Assembly: GCA_025934105.1 (NCBI GenBank)
Contig: JAICYS010000003.1
Coordinates: 1 to 61,360 of the forward strand
DNA: 61,360 bases
DNA from: Myxococcota bacterium
GTDB taxonomy: Bacteria > Myxococcota_A > Polyangia > Fen-1088
Direction: 5' to 3'
The translations under genes were made by a program, and so were the position numbers. Below are positions 29,854-40,290 of this stretch, piece after piece; the first letter of the stretch is position 1; each line of letters opens with the position of its first letter. The notes under the pieces were generated by a model. That model worked only from the letters and a program-made list of their open reading frames with translations, was not told the origin of the DNA and made no database searches.

Positions 29854-31224
29854 TCACGGCCCGCTGAACGTGACGCCATCGATGTAAAGGGTGCCCGTCC
29901 AAGGCGTGTTCGGGATCAAGCGGATCGACAGATGGTCGATTTGTACGTTCGACGTGATGTTCCAGGTTACCTGGTACCAGGTATCGAGCATCATGACTTG
30001 ATTGCCCGTGGCGAGAGGAAAGCTGTCGAACGAGGACGGCCCCCAGACATCGCCATAGATGCCGCCGAGGGCGTTGGGCGGATCGCCGTGGAGCCGAAGC
30101 CAGGCTGTCATTGTGTAGCCGTTCGCGTTGATCGTCGAACTCGTAAGGCAGAGTGGGATCGTGACCGAGATCAGCGAGCTTGAGCTCTCGTCAACAAACC
30201 CAGCTACGGCAAGGGCGGCAACACCATCATGTTTTTGGCTAGTGCTCAACCCGAGGCTCGTGATTCCATTCGTCCCGCCACCGTTCACTAGAGAATTAGG
30301 ATCCGTGTCAGCGACCCAGCCTTCGGTGGTCCCAGATTCGAAGCTCCAGCTACCGCAGCCTCCGCAAGAGGCCGGCAGGGTGTAACCCGCGCAAACGCAG
30401 CCACCGCTCTGGCAGCTCCGATTGGCCGCACATTTGTGCGAGCACGCGCCGCAGTTCGAAACGTCGGAAGTCTCGTCCAGGCAACTTCCGCAATTCGAGT
30501 AGCCGGTCGCACAGCAGATCTTGGTGCCGGAAACGGAGTACATCGAACAGTTGCCGCTCTGACACTCAGCGCTGGTCTGACAGCTTGCGCCGTTCGACGT
30601 TTTGGCGACGCAATTTCCACCTCCATCGCAAATCATGTTCCCGCCGCAGAAAGTACCGAATGCCGCGTTGGACTGGTCGCACGCGGCCAACCCCGAGTTG
30701 CAACTGTACGTCCCCGGTCTGCAGGTGGTTCCACACGAGTTTCCCGGGATCACGCCGCCACACGTACCGCCGGTTCCTGCGCCCCCAGCCCCGCCAAGGT
30801 GCCCGCCACCCGCCCCCCCTGCAAAATTGCCAGCCGCTCCGCCTTTGCCGGCGCCGCCCGTACCGTTGCCTCCACTCGACATCATGTGTCCTGAACCACC
30901 GCCGACGGAGTTGCTGGCCGCTCCGCCGAACCCAGCCGATCCGATCGCGCCGCTGCCGCCCGGCGCGGTGCCAGCATTGCCCCCGACTCCGCTACCTCCG
31001 GCTGCCGGCCCGCCCGCCATGCTCCCTGCACCACCGCCGATTGAGTTTCCAGCCGCCCCTCCCGGGCGAGCAGCGGCGCCCCCGCCGGTGGACGTCGCCC
31101 CGGCTACTCCCGCAGCACCTGTGTTACCACCCGGTCCACCATCCGGTTCAAAAATAGTGCGAGTGGGGCACCCGATCACGAAGGGAACGAGCAGGATGGC
31201 CCAGACGAGTCGGGTAGGGTTCAT
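29854..31224 (-). CDS. Lipoprotein with Gly-rich linker, Cys-rich repeats and C-terminal beta-sandwich (carbohydrate-binding-like) domain
   Basis: MNPTRLVWAILLVPFVIG-C lipobox. STIG1-like CLDETSDVSNCGACSHKC. WSFESGTTEGW...GTLYIDGV. Confidence 0.75.
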   Translation of the reverse strand: MNPTRLVWAILLVPFVIGCPTRTIFEPDGGPGGNTGAAGVAGATSTGGGAAARPGGAAGNSIGGGAGSMAGGPAAGGSGVGGNAGTAPGGSGAIGSAGFGGAASNSVGGGSGHMMSSGGNGTGGAGKGGAAGNFAGGAGGGHLGGAGGAGTGGTCGGVIPGNSCGTTCRPGTYSCNSGLAACDQSNAAFGTFCGGNMICDGGGNCVAKTSNGASCQTSAECQSGNCSMYSVSGTKICCATGYSNCGSCLDETSDVSNCGACSHKCAANRSCQSGGCVCAGYTLPASCGGCGSWSFESGTTEGWVADTDPNSLVNGGGTNGITSLGLSTSQKHDGVAALAVAGFVDESSSSLISVTIPLCLTSSTINANGYTMTAWLRLHGDPPNALGGIYGDVWGPSSFDSFPLATGNQVMMLDTWYQVTWNITSNVQIDHLSIRLIPNTPWTGTLYIDGVTFSGP

Positions 31225-31356
31225 TTCGAAATGTTCGGCGGTATCGAGACTCTTGTTGTGTCCTTTTTCGTGGAGTCGACCAGCGCACAAGGTACCCAAG
31301 GGTACAACACGACGAACGGCCCTGGCACCCTCGCGCCAATTTCGGGCACTTGTATT

Positions 31357-32991
31357 TCAAGGCGGAAACGCGCGACACGGGGAACCGCCGCCAGCGTGCG
31401 GGAAAACGGCAATATCCGGCAGGCCCGACCCAGGACCGTCGTCAGGCCGGGAGAAGATTTTCGGTCTCATGTAGCAAGCCGCGAGATACGACCTGAAGTA
31501 CGCGTCCTGGAGCAGGAACCACGGCGGGGTGATGACGGCGCTCACGTTGTCACGCTCGATTCGTCTGACGACGTCTTCACGTGTGATCGCGCCCGCTTCG
31601 ATCCAACTCCAATTCAGGTCGGCCATTTCACCCGAAACCCGCAACCCGGTCGCCAGTGCGACGGCTGTTGCGATCATCGGCTCGCCGAAGATTGTGCCGG
31701 CGGTGGGCATGACCGGGTCAGTGGCCACGCGGCGAGCGACATCCAGCCTCTGGAGCTGCGCGAGTTGGATGTGGCGCACGTACGGCCAAAAAGAGTACGG
31801 ACGGTCATCCAGGCGTTCGCGGTCGGACCTGGCCGCCGACCATCCGCCGATGATCAAAGCTCCGATCAGAGCCGCTCCTGCGGTAATCACCTGCGATCTG
31901 CGCCGCGCCCCGGACGGCGGAAGGCCGCGCCGCGACTGCCACCACCGGATTGCTGCGTCGAAGCCGATTCCGGCCATGAGGGTCAGAAGAGGCGCGACGA
32001 CGACCAGGTAAAGGAACGCTGCATCGGTCATCGCGAGAACGATGATGACGTGTGCTCCCACGACAACGAGGAGCACTCGGACCAACCTGGACGCCGTTGC
32101 TGCTTGGACCGACGATTCCCGGCCTTTCGCGGCGGCGAACACGACTGATAGCGTCGCGCCCACGAATAGGTAGGTGTGTTCATATAGCCAGGGCTTCAGT
32201 AGTTCCCACAACGTCGCGTTCATGCCGCTGCCCGGGCGTAGGTGGAACAGGTGTAGCGCGATCAAGTCCTTCCAGAGATGCCGCCCTCCCAGGGCCCATG
32301 TTCCACCGAACACCACCGCTAGAACCGCTAGGGCGCCCGTAGCAAACGGAAATATATCGCGAGGACGGCTGAAGACCGTCAACAGGGCGACGATGCCGCA
32401 GACGATCAACCCGTGTTGGTCTGAGGCCACCGAGAAGCCGACGCACAAGCCGGCAAAGAACGGCTCAGCCCGCATGAAAAACAACAGCGCCGCCGATGCA
32501 GCCAACGCCGGAAAGTGAATCCCCGTATAGTGAATTCTGGCGAAAGTCTCAGGGGATGTCAGGAACAGCAGGGCGGCTATGGCGCCGGCGCGCAAAGTGA
32601 CGAGACGCCATCCACCCCAGAACAGGAGCGCGCCGGTCGCCAACTGGGCGACTAGGACCAACGCGCGCCCGGCGAGGAGAGGCGAGAAACCGGCCTCGAG
32701 AAGCCATGCGAGCGGAAACAGTGCCAGGGGAGGACGCGCGCTGTCGATGTCTCGATACAGCACGGCTCCTTCTGCCATGCGGTGCGCGACGTAAAGATGA
32801 ATCTGCTCGTCGGTCCAGGAGAGGAAAAATCCGGCGCGATGGTCCCAAACCAAAGCAAGGACCGCGGCAATGAACAGCAGAGCCAAGCAAAAAATCTGGG
32901 TCCGCCTGATCGGCGACCCCGAACGGGTGCTGGACTCTGAACGTATCTGGGTCGCGCGCTTGCCTTTGGGACGACGGCGTGAACGACCCAT
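31357..32991 (-). CDS. Polytopic membrane glycosyltransferase (GT-C fold, ArnT/PMT-like)
   Basis: WTDEQIHLYVA...GAVLYRD...RPP after TM1, about 10-12 TM helices, C-terminal soluble domain. Lower GC3. Confidence 0.7.
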   Translation of the reverse strand: MGRSRRRPKGKRATQIRSESSTRSGSPIRRTQIFCLALLFIAAVLALVWDHRAGFFLSWTDEQIHLYVAHRMAEGAVLYRDIDSARPPLALFPLAWLLEAGFSPLLAGRALVLVAQLATGALLFWGGWRLVTLRAGAIAALLFLTSPETFARIHYTGIHFPALAASAALLFFMRAEPFFAGLCVGFSVASDQHGLIVCGIVALLTVFSRPRDIFPFATGALAVLAVVFGGTWALGGRHLWKDLIALHLFHLRPGSGMNATLWELLKPWLYEHTYLFVGATLSVVFAAAKGRESSVQAATASRLVRVLLVVVGAHVIIVLAMTDAAFLYLVVVAPLLTLMAGIGFDAAIRWWQSRRGLPPSGARRRSQVITAGAALIGALIIGGWSAARSDRERLDDRPYSFWPYVRHIQLAQLQRLDVARRVATDPVMPTAGTIFGEPMIATAVALATGLRVSGEMADLNWSWIEAGAITREDVVRRIERDNVSAVITPPWFLLQDAYFRSYLAACYMRPKIFSRPDDGPGSGLPDIAVFPHAGGGSPCRAFPP

Positions 32992-33006
32992 GAATCGGCA
33001 TCGGGT

Positions 33007-34341
33007 CTACTCCACGCATGAATCGGCTGCAACCGCTTCGGTCAGGCCCGCATCCGCGGCGACGAACAACCGGCGGCGGCTCCGAATTGTCGCCACCAGC
33101 ACGACGGCGATCGCCATCAGCCGCGGGTCCACCGGCAAGCGCGGAGGCCAGGTGTCGCTGTGGTCGGTCACCTGGCCCAGCATCGCCCAGGCGGGCCAGG
33201 CCAGGGCCAGGCGCGCGCGCCAGGGCCAGGCGTCCTGGCCGCGCGCGAGGGCCAGGACCAAGGTGGTCGGCACCACCCACACGACGACGTCGTGATCGTA
33301 AAGGTGCGGGCTGGTGACCAGCGCGACGGCCAGCGCGAAGGCGACCGCGCGGCGCCCGTCGCCCTGCCCGCCCGACCGCGCATCGCGCGCGAGAACGATC
33401 AGAACCGCCAGCGCGCCGGCGATCCACAGCCCGAGGCCGATCGTCTCCAGCCGCGGGCCGACCAGGGCAGGGAAGGTGCGGGCCAGGAACCCGCGAACGG
33501 TCGGCATGACGGTGACGGCGCCGCCTCCGTACGCGCGTTCGAGCGGCCGCACCGAAGAGGCCCAGGCTCCCCAGACGTGCGGGCCCAGCGCCGCGCCGGT
33601 CACCACGACGGCGGCAGCACCCGCCAGCGCGGCAGCGCCCAGGGCCCGCCAATCGCGGCGCGCGACGACGGCCACCGCGACCGCCGGGAAGAGCTGCGGC
33701 TTGAAGCTCAGCACCAGGAGCCAGGCGGCGGCGCGCCAGGGACGGCGGGCGTCCAGCGCGCCGGCCAGCCCCATCGCGGCCACGGCCAGCAGCACCGAGA
33801 ACTGCCCCTGCGAGACCGCGTCGAACAGCGGATAAAAGCCCAGGATGGCGGCGGCCGCCGACAGCGTCTGGTCGCGATTGAGACCAAGCTGCCGGCGAAC
33901 CTGCGCGATGAGAACGGCCAGCAGGCCGAGGTTGCAGGCCAGCCACGCGAACACCACGGTCCGGCCGCTGGTGTGATCGCCCAGCCACGCCAGCCAGACG
34001 CCGGCCAGCGCCAGGTGCGGCGGGTGCAGGAACGACAGCAGCCCGTTGATGAAACCGGGGCTGCCGACGGCGTGCATGAACCGCTGCTGGACGGCCGCCT
34101 GCGCCGCCGGGTCGTAGAGGTGCCGCGGGTCGTGCAGCGCCAGCCACCAGCCGGTGCGAAAGCAGGCGAGATCGGTGGTCTGCGCGTTGACGCGATCGCT
34201 GAAATGCAGGACCAGCTTGACCAGCAGGCCCAGCGCCAGGCCGGCGTTGACCGCCGACAGCGTCCCCTCCCACGAGTACCGAGAAAAGAACCGGGAGGGG
34301 CGCTTGGCGGCTGGGGCGGGCGCGCTCTGGTCGGTCGTCAG
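33007..34341 (-). CDS. GT87/DUF2029-family membrane glycosyltransferase, probable CTG start
   Basis: DLACFRTG...LYD, FLHPP, GQFS, FKPQ, SPHLYDHD motifs. CTG at 34341 overlaps the aspC TGA. Confidence 0.78.
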   Translation of the reverse strand: MTTDQSAPAPAAKRPSRFFSRYSWEGTLSAVNAGLALGLLVKLVLHFSDRVNAQTTDLACFRTGWWLALHDPRHLYDPAAQAAVQQRFMHAVGSPGFINGLLSFLHPPHLALAGVWLAWLGDHTSGRTVVFAWLACNLGLLAVLIAQVRRQLGLNRDQTLSAAAAILGFYPLFDAVSQGQFSVLLAVAAMGLAGALDARRPWRAAAWLLVLSFKPQLFPAVAVAVVARRDWRALGAAALAGAAAVVVTGAALGPHVWGAWASSVRPLERAYGGGAVTVMPTVRGFLARTFPALVGPRLETIGLGLWIAGALAVLIVLARDARSGGQGDGRRAVAFALAVALVTSPHLYDHDVVVWVVPTTLVLALARGQDAWPWRARLALAWPAWAMLGQVTDHSDTWPPRLPVDPRLMAIAVVLVATIRSRRRLFVAADAGLTEAVAADSCVE

Positions 34342-35540
34342 GTCAGTTTCGGGAGGGCTTCGGCCAGACGGCGCACGCCCTCTTCCACGTTCTTCATCGA
34401 GGTGGCGTACGACAGCCGCACGAAGCCCGGCGCGTGGAACGCCGAGCCCATGACGACCGCCACCCGCGCCGCCTCGATCAACCACTCGCAGAGCTGGACG
34501 TCGTTCTCGATCTTCTTACCCTCGGGCGTCTTGCGTCCGATGAAGGCCGACAGATCGGGGAAGGCGTAAAACGCGCCCTTCGGCTCGACGCAGGTGACGC
34601 CCGGGATCTCGCGCAGCCGGGCGACCATGGTCTTGCGGCGCTTGTCGAACTCGACGCGCATCTTCTCGAGCTCGTCGGTCGGCCCCTCGATGGCCGCCAG
34701 CGCCGCCGCCTGGGCGACCGCCGCCGCGTGCGTGGTCGACTGCCCCTGCAGGGTGGCCATCGCCTGGACCACCGGCTTCGGCGCCACCGTGAAGCCCACG
34801 CGCCAGCCGGTCATCGCGAACGCCTTGGAGACGCCGTCGATGATGAGGGTCTTGGCGCGCACGTCCGGGCCGATGGTGGCCGGCTGGAAGAACTTGCCGT
34901 CGCCGTAGACCAGCGTCCGGTAGATGTCGTCGGTCATCAGCCAGACGTCTTTTTCGACCGCCAGCTTGGCCAGCGCGCGCAGCGTCGCCTCATCGTAAAT
35001 CGCGCCGGTCGGATTCGACGGCGAGCAGACCAGGATCATCTTGGTGCGGGGCGTGATCGCCTTCGCGACGTCTTCGGCGCGGACCTGGAAGTTCTCCGAC
35101 GCCTTGGTCGGCACGTTCACCGGGCGGCCGCCGGCCAGCTTGACGATGTCGTTGTAGCTGACCCAGGCCGGCGTCGGGATGATGACCTCGTCGCCCTCGT
35201 CGATGAGCGCGAACACGGCGTTGTAGATCGACTGCTTGGCGCCCGAGCTGACGATCACCTCGCTGGGGTCGATCGACAGGCCGTGGGCGGCGCCGATCCA
35301 CTTGGCCACCGCCTTGCGCAGCGGGACCGTCCCCTCGACCAGCGTGTACTTGGTCGCGCCGGCGTCCAGCGCCTTTTTGGCCGCGTCCTTGATGTGCTCC
35401 GGCGTGTCGAAGTCGGGCTCACCCGCGCCGAAGCTGACCACGTCGATCCCCTCGGCCTTGAGCTTGGCCGCCTTGGCCGACACGGCCAGCGTGGGAGACG
35501 GTTCGACGACGGACAACCTGCGGGCCAGCTTGATACTCAC
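34338..35540 (-). CDS. aspC: Class I PLP-dependent aspartate aminotransferase
   Basis: [37 protein letters not shown]. Confidence 0.9.
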   Translation of the reverse strand: MSIKLARRLSVVEPSPTLAVSAKAAKLKAEGIDVVSFGAGEPDFDTPEHIKDAAKKALDAGATKYTLVEGTVPLRKAVAKWIGAAHGLSIDPSEVIVSSGAKQSIYNAVFALIDEGDEVIIPTPAWVSYNDIVKLAGGRPVNVPTKASENFQVRAEDVAKAITPRTKMILVCSPSNPTGAIYDEATLRALAKLAVEKDVWLMTDDIYRTLVYGDGKFFQPATIGPDVRAKTLIIDGVSKAFAMTGWRVGFTVAPKPVVQAMATLQGQSTTHAAAVAQAAALAAIEGPTDELEKMRVEFDKRRKTMVARLREIPGVTCVEPKGAFYAFPDLSAFIGRKTPEGKKIENDVQLCEWLIEAARVAVVMGSAFHAPGFVRLSYATSMKNVEEGVRRLAEALPKLT

Positions 35541-36028
35541 GGCGTGACTCCTTGTTTGCGTTTGTCGGCCAGCGCGGCGGCCACGCTCCGCGGAACCATC
35601 CGCGAGACGTCGCCGCCCATCAGGGCGACCTCTTTGACGAGCGAAGAGGATACATAAAAGCTGTCTTCGCCGGTCATCAGAAACATCGTCTCGACGTCGG
35701 GCGCCAGACGCCGGTTCATGTGGGCCAGCTGGAACTCGTACTCGAAGTCGGCCAGCGCGCGCAGCCCGCGAATCACGACCGTGGCGCCCCGGCGGCGGCA
35801 GTACTCCGCCAGCAGCCCCTGGAAGGCGTCGACCTCCACCTGGGGGTTGGAGCCGACCGCGTCCACGATCATGGCCTGGCGCTCGGCCAGGGTGAAGAGC
35901 GGCGTCTTGCGGACGTTGTCGGCCAGCGCGACCACCACCCGGTCGAAGATTTTCAGCGACCGCCGCAGGATGTCGACGTGTCCGTTGGTGATCGGGTCGA
36001 AGGTCCCGGGGTAGACGGCCAGCGTCAT
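35537..36028 (-). CDS. coaD: Phosphopantetheine adenylyltransferase
   Basis: [33 protein letters not shown]. Confidence 0.96.
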   Translation of the reverse strand: MTLAVYPGTFDPITNGHVDILRRSLKIFDRVVVALADNVRKTPLFTLAERQAMIVDAVGSNPQVEVDAFQGLLAEYCRRRGATVVIRGLRALADFEYEFQLAHMNRRLAPDVETMFLMTGEDSFYVSSSLVKEVALMGGDVSRMVPRSVAAALADKRKQGVTP

Positions 36029-36035
36029 GCGACGG

Positions 36036-36581
36036 TTACGAGCCGGAGCAGCGATAGAAGGAGAGCTCGGTGTCGCCGTACTCGCGCCGGTCGGTCAGGA
36101 ACAGGCAGCCGACCGAGTCCGGCGGCGGGTGGCGGCCGTCGTGCTCGACGATCACCACCGCGCAGCTGGTGAGAAGCGCGCCCGACAGCGCGGCCAGCAC
36201 GCCGGCGGTGTCCTTGGCGTACGGCGGGTCCAGGAACACCCACGAGAAGCGCTCGTCACCGCCGGCCAGCTTTCGCAGCGCCGACCGGACGTCGCCGGCG
36301 AACACCCGCGCGCGCCCCTCGACGCCGGCTTCCCGCAGGTTCCGGCGCAGCGCGGACAGCGCATTGCCGTCACGTTCGACGAACACAGCCGCGGGCGCGC
36401 CGCGCGAAAGCGCCTCCAGCCCCAGCGCGCCGCTGCCGGCGTAAAGGTCCAGCACCGGCCCGGGCGGTGGCCCCAGGATGTTGAAGATCGCCTCGCGGAC
36501 CCGCGAGGCGGTGGGGCGCGTGCGCGACCCACGGGGAACGAACAGACGCCGGCCCCGATCCAGGCCGCCGGTGAGACGCAT
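36036..36581 (-). CDS. rsmD: 16S rRNA m2G966 methyltransferase
   Basis: [32 protein letters not shown]. Canonical position upstream of coaD. Confidence 0.92.
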   Translation of the reverse strand: MRLTGGLDRGRRLFVPRGSRTRPTASRVREAIFNILGPPPGPVLDLYAGSGALGLEALSRGAPAAVFVERDGNALSALRRNLREAGVEGRARVFAGDVRSALRKLAGGDERFSWVFLDPPYAKDTAGVLAALSGALLTSCAVVIVEHDGRHPPPDSVGCLFLTDRREYGDTELSFYRCSGS

Positions 36582-36721
36582 TGAACAACGTTCCTACCGC
36601 GCCAGCCCCATCGGGTCAATTCCCGCGAAGGTCACGGCTCAGGTCGGCGCGTCAAAACCGGCGGGTTTCCCGCAACCTCGGCGCGAGCTGACCGACAAAG
36701 TGATACAATTGGGCGGCCCAG

Positions 36722-37408
36722 ATGTCGCAGGTAGGCGCATTCTTCGACGTAGATCGCACGCTGGTCTCCTGCAACACCGGGCGCCTGTTCCTGCGCGACC
36801 TGCGGCGGCGCGGAGAAATCTCGTTTTTTCGCGCACTTAGAGCTTTGGGCTGGATGGCCAAGTATCACCTGTCGCTGATCGACCTCCAGTGGGTGGCCGC
36901 GCGCGTGGCTTCCCACATGGCCGGCTGGGCCGAGCGGGACTTCGCGGATCGCTGCCGCCGCTGGGTCGAAGACGAAGTCCTCCCGCTGGTCGTTCCGGGC
37001 GCGCGGACCCGCATCGACCGCCACCGGGCCGACGGGCACGTCCTGGCGATCCTCTCCTCCTCGCCGACCTACGTGACCCGACCCATCGCCGAAGCGGTGG
37101 GCATCGAAGAAGTGATCTCGACCCGGTTCGAGGTGGCGGACGGGCTGTTCACCGGCCGGCTGGTCGCCCCCGCCTGCGTGGGGCCGGGCAAGGTCCACTG
37201 GGCCGAGGACCTGGGCGTGCGGCGGCAACTCGATCTCGCCCAGAGCTGGTTCTATACCGATTCTTACACCGACCTGCCCATGCTCGAACGCGTGGGCAAC
37301 CGGGTGGTCGTGAACCCTGACCCACGGCTGCGGCGTACGGCCAAGCGGCGGGGCTGGCCGGTGCAAGATTGGCGATTCCCCTCATCCCCCGTGGAGCAGA
37401 CCGCGTGA
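36722..37408 (+). CDS. HAD-IB family hydrolase
   Basis: AFFDVDRTL, LSSS, GKV, YTDSYTDLPML, VNPD. Confidence 0.88.
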   Translation: MSQVGAFFDVDRTLVSCNTGRLFLRDLRRRGEISFFRALRALGWMAKYHLSLIDLQWVAARVASHMAGWAERDFADRCRRWVEDEVLPLVVPGARTRIDRHRADGHVLAILSSSPTYVTRPIAEAVGIEEVISTRFEVADGLFTGRLVAPACVGPGKVHWAEDLGVRRQLDLAQSWFYTDSYTDLPMLERVGNRVVVNPDPRLRRTAKRRGWPVQDWRFPSSPVEQTA

Positions 37409-38301
37409 GCGTCTATTCGGCCCCCTGGTACACCCCGGCCGTTCAACGGATCTTGGACCTGGCCCTGGAAGAGGACGTCGGCCGCGGCGACGTCACGACC
37501 GCGTCCGTCATCGAGGAGACGCAAGAAGCCGAGGCCGACATCATCGCCAACGAGCGGGCGGTCGTCTGCGGGCTGGGTATCGTCGAGGCGGTGTTCACCC
37601 GGTTCGACTGGCGGACGCGCCTGCGCATGAAGGTGGCCGACGGCGATCCGGTCCAGCCGGGCACGGTAGTGTCCACCGTGCGTGGCCCGGCAGCGGCGCT
37701 GCTGGCCGGTGAGCGGACGGCGCTGAACTTCCTGCAACGCATGTCGGGCATCGCGACCGTCACGCAGGCTTACGTCGCCGCCGCCGAGGGGGCCAAGGTG
37801 CGGGTCACCGACACGCGCAAGACCACCCCGGGACTGCGCGCGCTGGAGAAATACGCGGTGCGGATCGGCGGCGGGGCCAATCACCGCTCCGACCTGGCGT
37901 CGGGGATCTTGATCAAGGACAACCACATCGCGCTGGTGGGGTCGGTGCGCGAGGCGGTGCGGCGGGCGCGGGCCGCGGCCCCCCACACGTTGCGCGTGGT
38001 CGTCGAGGTGGACAACCTGAGCCAGCTCGACGAAGCGCTGGAGGCGGGGGCGGAGGGCGTGCTGCTGGACAACTTCCAGCTTCGCGAGATGGCCGAGGCG
38101 GTGCAGCGGATCCGCGACCGGCGGCCCCAGACCATCATCGAGGCGTCGGGCGGCGCGACCCTGGACCGCATTCGGGAGATCAGCAAGACCGGCGTCGACG
38201 TGATCTCGACCGGCGCGATCACCCATTCGGCGCGGGCCGTCAACTACTCGTGCGACATCCGGCCGGTCGAAGGAACGCCGCCGGCGCGGCCCACCCGCTA
38301 G
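37405..38301 (+). CDS. nadC: Quinolinate phosphoribosyltransferase
   Basis: EDVGRGDVT, ERTALNFLQRMSGIAT, DTRKTTPG, IKDNH, EASGG. GTGA overlap with the upstream gene. Confidence 0.95.
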   Translation: MSVYSAPWYTPAVQRILDLALEEDVGRGDVTTASVIEETQEAEADIIANERAVVCGLGIVEAVFTRFDWRTRLRMKVADGDPVQPGTVVSTVRGPAAALLAGERTALNFLQRMSGIATVTQAYVAAAEGAKVRVTDTRKTTPGLRALEKYAVRIGGGANHRSDLASGILIKDNHIALVGSVREAVRRARAAAPHTLRVVVEVDNLSQLDEALEAGAEGVLLDNFQLREMAEAVQRIRDRRPQTIIEASGGATLDRIREISKTGVDVISTGAITHSARAVNYSCDIRPVEGTPPARPTR

Positions 38302-38314
38302 CGCCGCCCGCCCC

Positions 38315-39127
38315 GTGACCGATCCCGCAGGGCCGCCCACGGCCGAACGCGTGTTGGCGGCCCTGGCCACCCGGTGGCTCGGGCGGGCCTACGAATGGCT
38401 CCCGTCGTGCGGGTCGACGAACGACCTGGCGGGCGCGCGGGCGCGCGCCGGCGCGCCAGCCGGTCTGGTGATCGCGGCCGACCAGCAGACCGCCGGCCGC
38501 GGGCGCCTCGGGCGCTCCTGGCACTCGCCGCCGGGCGCCAACCTTTACCTGTCGATCCTGCTGCGGCCCGAGCGCCCGCCCGCAGACATCCCGCCGCTCA
38601 CCCTGCTGGTGGGGGGGGCGCTGGCGCGGGCGCTGGCCGGGCTGGGGTTCGCGCCCCGCCTCAAGTGGCCGAACGACGTCCAGCTGGTCGACGAGACCGG
38701 GCGGCCCCGCAAAGTCGCGGGGATCCTGACCGAGATGTCGACGGCGGGCGATCGGACGCTGCAGGTGGTGGTCGGGGTTGGCCTCAACGTCAACGGCGTC
38801 GACTTCCCGCCCGACCTCGCGGAGATCGCGACCTCGCTGCGGCGCTCGCGCGGTGGCGCGCCGCTCGACCGCGCGGCGGTGTTGGCGGCGTTCCTGAACG
38901 CGCTCGAGCCGATGCTGTTGGACTTCGAGCGGGTGGGGCCGGGCGCCGCCGTCGCCGCCTTCGAAACCTACGCGGCGCTGCCGGCCGCCTGTCTGGTGAC
39001 CGCCCCCGGCCGCCCGGGCGAACGGCTGGAAGGAATCGCGCTGGGCGTGGACGCAGACGGCGCCTTGCGCCTGCGGGACGAGACAGGGCAGATTCACCGC
39101 GTCCTTTCCGGAGAGATCCACACATGA
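38315..39127 (+). CDS. birA: Biotin--protein ligase (no N-terminal HTH)
   Basis: STN, QTAGRGRLGRSW, KWPND, KVAGIL, GLNVN. Confidence 0.93.
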   Translation: MTDPAGPPTAERVLAALATRWLGRAYEWLPSCGSTNDLAGARARAGAPAGLVIAADQQTAGRGRLGRSWHSPPGANLYLSILLRPERPPADIPPLTLLVGGALARALAGLGFAPRLKWPNDVQLVDETGRPRKVAGILTEMSTAGDRTLQVVVGVGLNVNGVDFPPDLAEIATSLRRSRGGAPLDRAAVLAAFLNALEPMLLDFERVGPGAAVAAFETYAALPAACLVTAPGRPGERLEGIALGVDADGALRLRDETGQIHRVLSGEIHT

Positions 39128-39936
39128 CCAGCTTCGAGTCGTTGGTCCTGGGCGTCGTCCAGGGCGTGACGGAATTCCTGCCCATCTCGTCGACCGCCCA
39201 CCTGCGCATCGTTCCCGCGCTGTTGGGGTGGGGCGATCCGGGCGCCGCGTACACGGCGGTCCTGCAGCTCGGCTCGTTGCTGGCCGTGATCGGGTACTTC
39301 CTTCCCGAGCTCTGGAAGATGGTTCGGGCGGCCGTGGCCGCGCTGGGCGACCGAAGCCGGCCGGCGCCCCGACCGGCGCGCGAGCTGCTGTACCTGATCG
39401 TCGGCACGATTCCAGCGGGCATCGCCGGGGTCGCGTTCCGGCACGCCATCGAAGGTTCGCTGCGCTCGCTCTGGGTGATCGCCCTGGCGTTGATCGTCGT
39501 GGCGCTGTTGCTGGCCGTCGTGGAACGCCGCGCCCGCCACGTGCGCGAGTTCGAGGAGATCACGTTGGGCGACGCGCTGCTGATCGGCTGCGCGCAGGCG
39601 TTCGCCGTCATCCCCGGCGTGTCGCGTTCGGGCAGCACGCTGGCCGCCGCCATGGCGCTGGGCCTCAAGCGCGAGGCCGCCGCGCGCTTTTCGTTTTTGC
39701 TCAGCGTCCCCGTCGTGGCCGCCGCCGGCATCTTCGAGATGCCCAAGGTCCTGAAGGCGCACGACCTTCATGCAGGCACGCTGGTCATCGGCCTCCTGGC
39801 CGCCGCCGTCGCCGGCTACGCCAGCATCGCCTGGCTCCTCCGATTCCTGCGCGCCCGCAGCACCATCCCCTTCGTCATCTACCGCGTCGCGCTGGGCCTG
39901 ATCCTGATCGCGATGCTGGCGGGCGGCCGGTTGTAA
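39124..39936 (+). CDS. uppP: Undecaprenyl-diphosphatase
   Basis: QGVTEFLPISSTAH, PGVSRSG, AARFSFLL. Confidence 0.95.
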   Translation: MTSFESLVLGVVQGVTEFLPISSTAHLRIVPALLGWGDPGAAYTAVLQLGSLLAVIGYFLPELWKMVRAAVAALGDRSRPAPRPARELLYLIVGTIPAGIAGVAFRHAIEGSLRSLWVIALALIVVALLLAVVERRARHVREFEEITLGDALLIGCAQAFAVIPGVSRSGSTLAAAMALGLKREAAARFSFLLSVPVVAAAGIFEMPKVLKAHDLHAGTLVIGLLAAAVAGYASIAWLLRFLRARSTIPFVIYRVALGLILIAMLAGGRL

Positions 39937-40290
39937 ACACACGAGCGTACGGGCGGACCGCACCCGCTCTGGACGGTGAGGCCCCCGAGCCTTCGCGCGC
40001 GGCGATCCGATTTCAAGACGCGCAGCGTCCGTCTGACCGTGCACACATTGCTGCTCTGGGTCGCTGAGAGCCCGGCAAGCCTGAAGTCACGTTGAAGGTA
40101 CGGTGCCGATTCCAGATCACCCGCTGGCCGGCGAAGCAGAGATCGAAGCTCATCCCGTCGCCCCGGCCCGCAACGTCTGACATGGACGGCGATGACGGGG
40201 GGCGCCTGGAATGATAGGTTCATTGATTCGCGGGTCGGACTCTTACCTTTTGGAAGTTTCTGCCCGGTGTAACAGAACTTAGGAGGCCCC

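Noticed and set aside
30750-31140. Pro-rich plus-strand ORF or CRISPR-like repetitiveness
   Set aside because: It is the antisense of the Gly-rich linker of the minus-strand lipoprotein. No regularly spaced direct repeats are seen here or elsewhere in the window.
31322-31340. Sigma54 promoter (TGGCAC)
   Set aside because: Lacks TTGC at -12 and points away from the adjacent minus-strand gene.
39937-40290. Riboswitch or ncRNA in the long leader of the GH12-like gene
   Set aside because: No recognisable aptamer consensus, only a weak AAGTTTCTG/CAGAACTT repeat near the Shine-Dalgarno. An Rfam scan would be needed.
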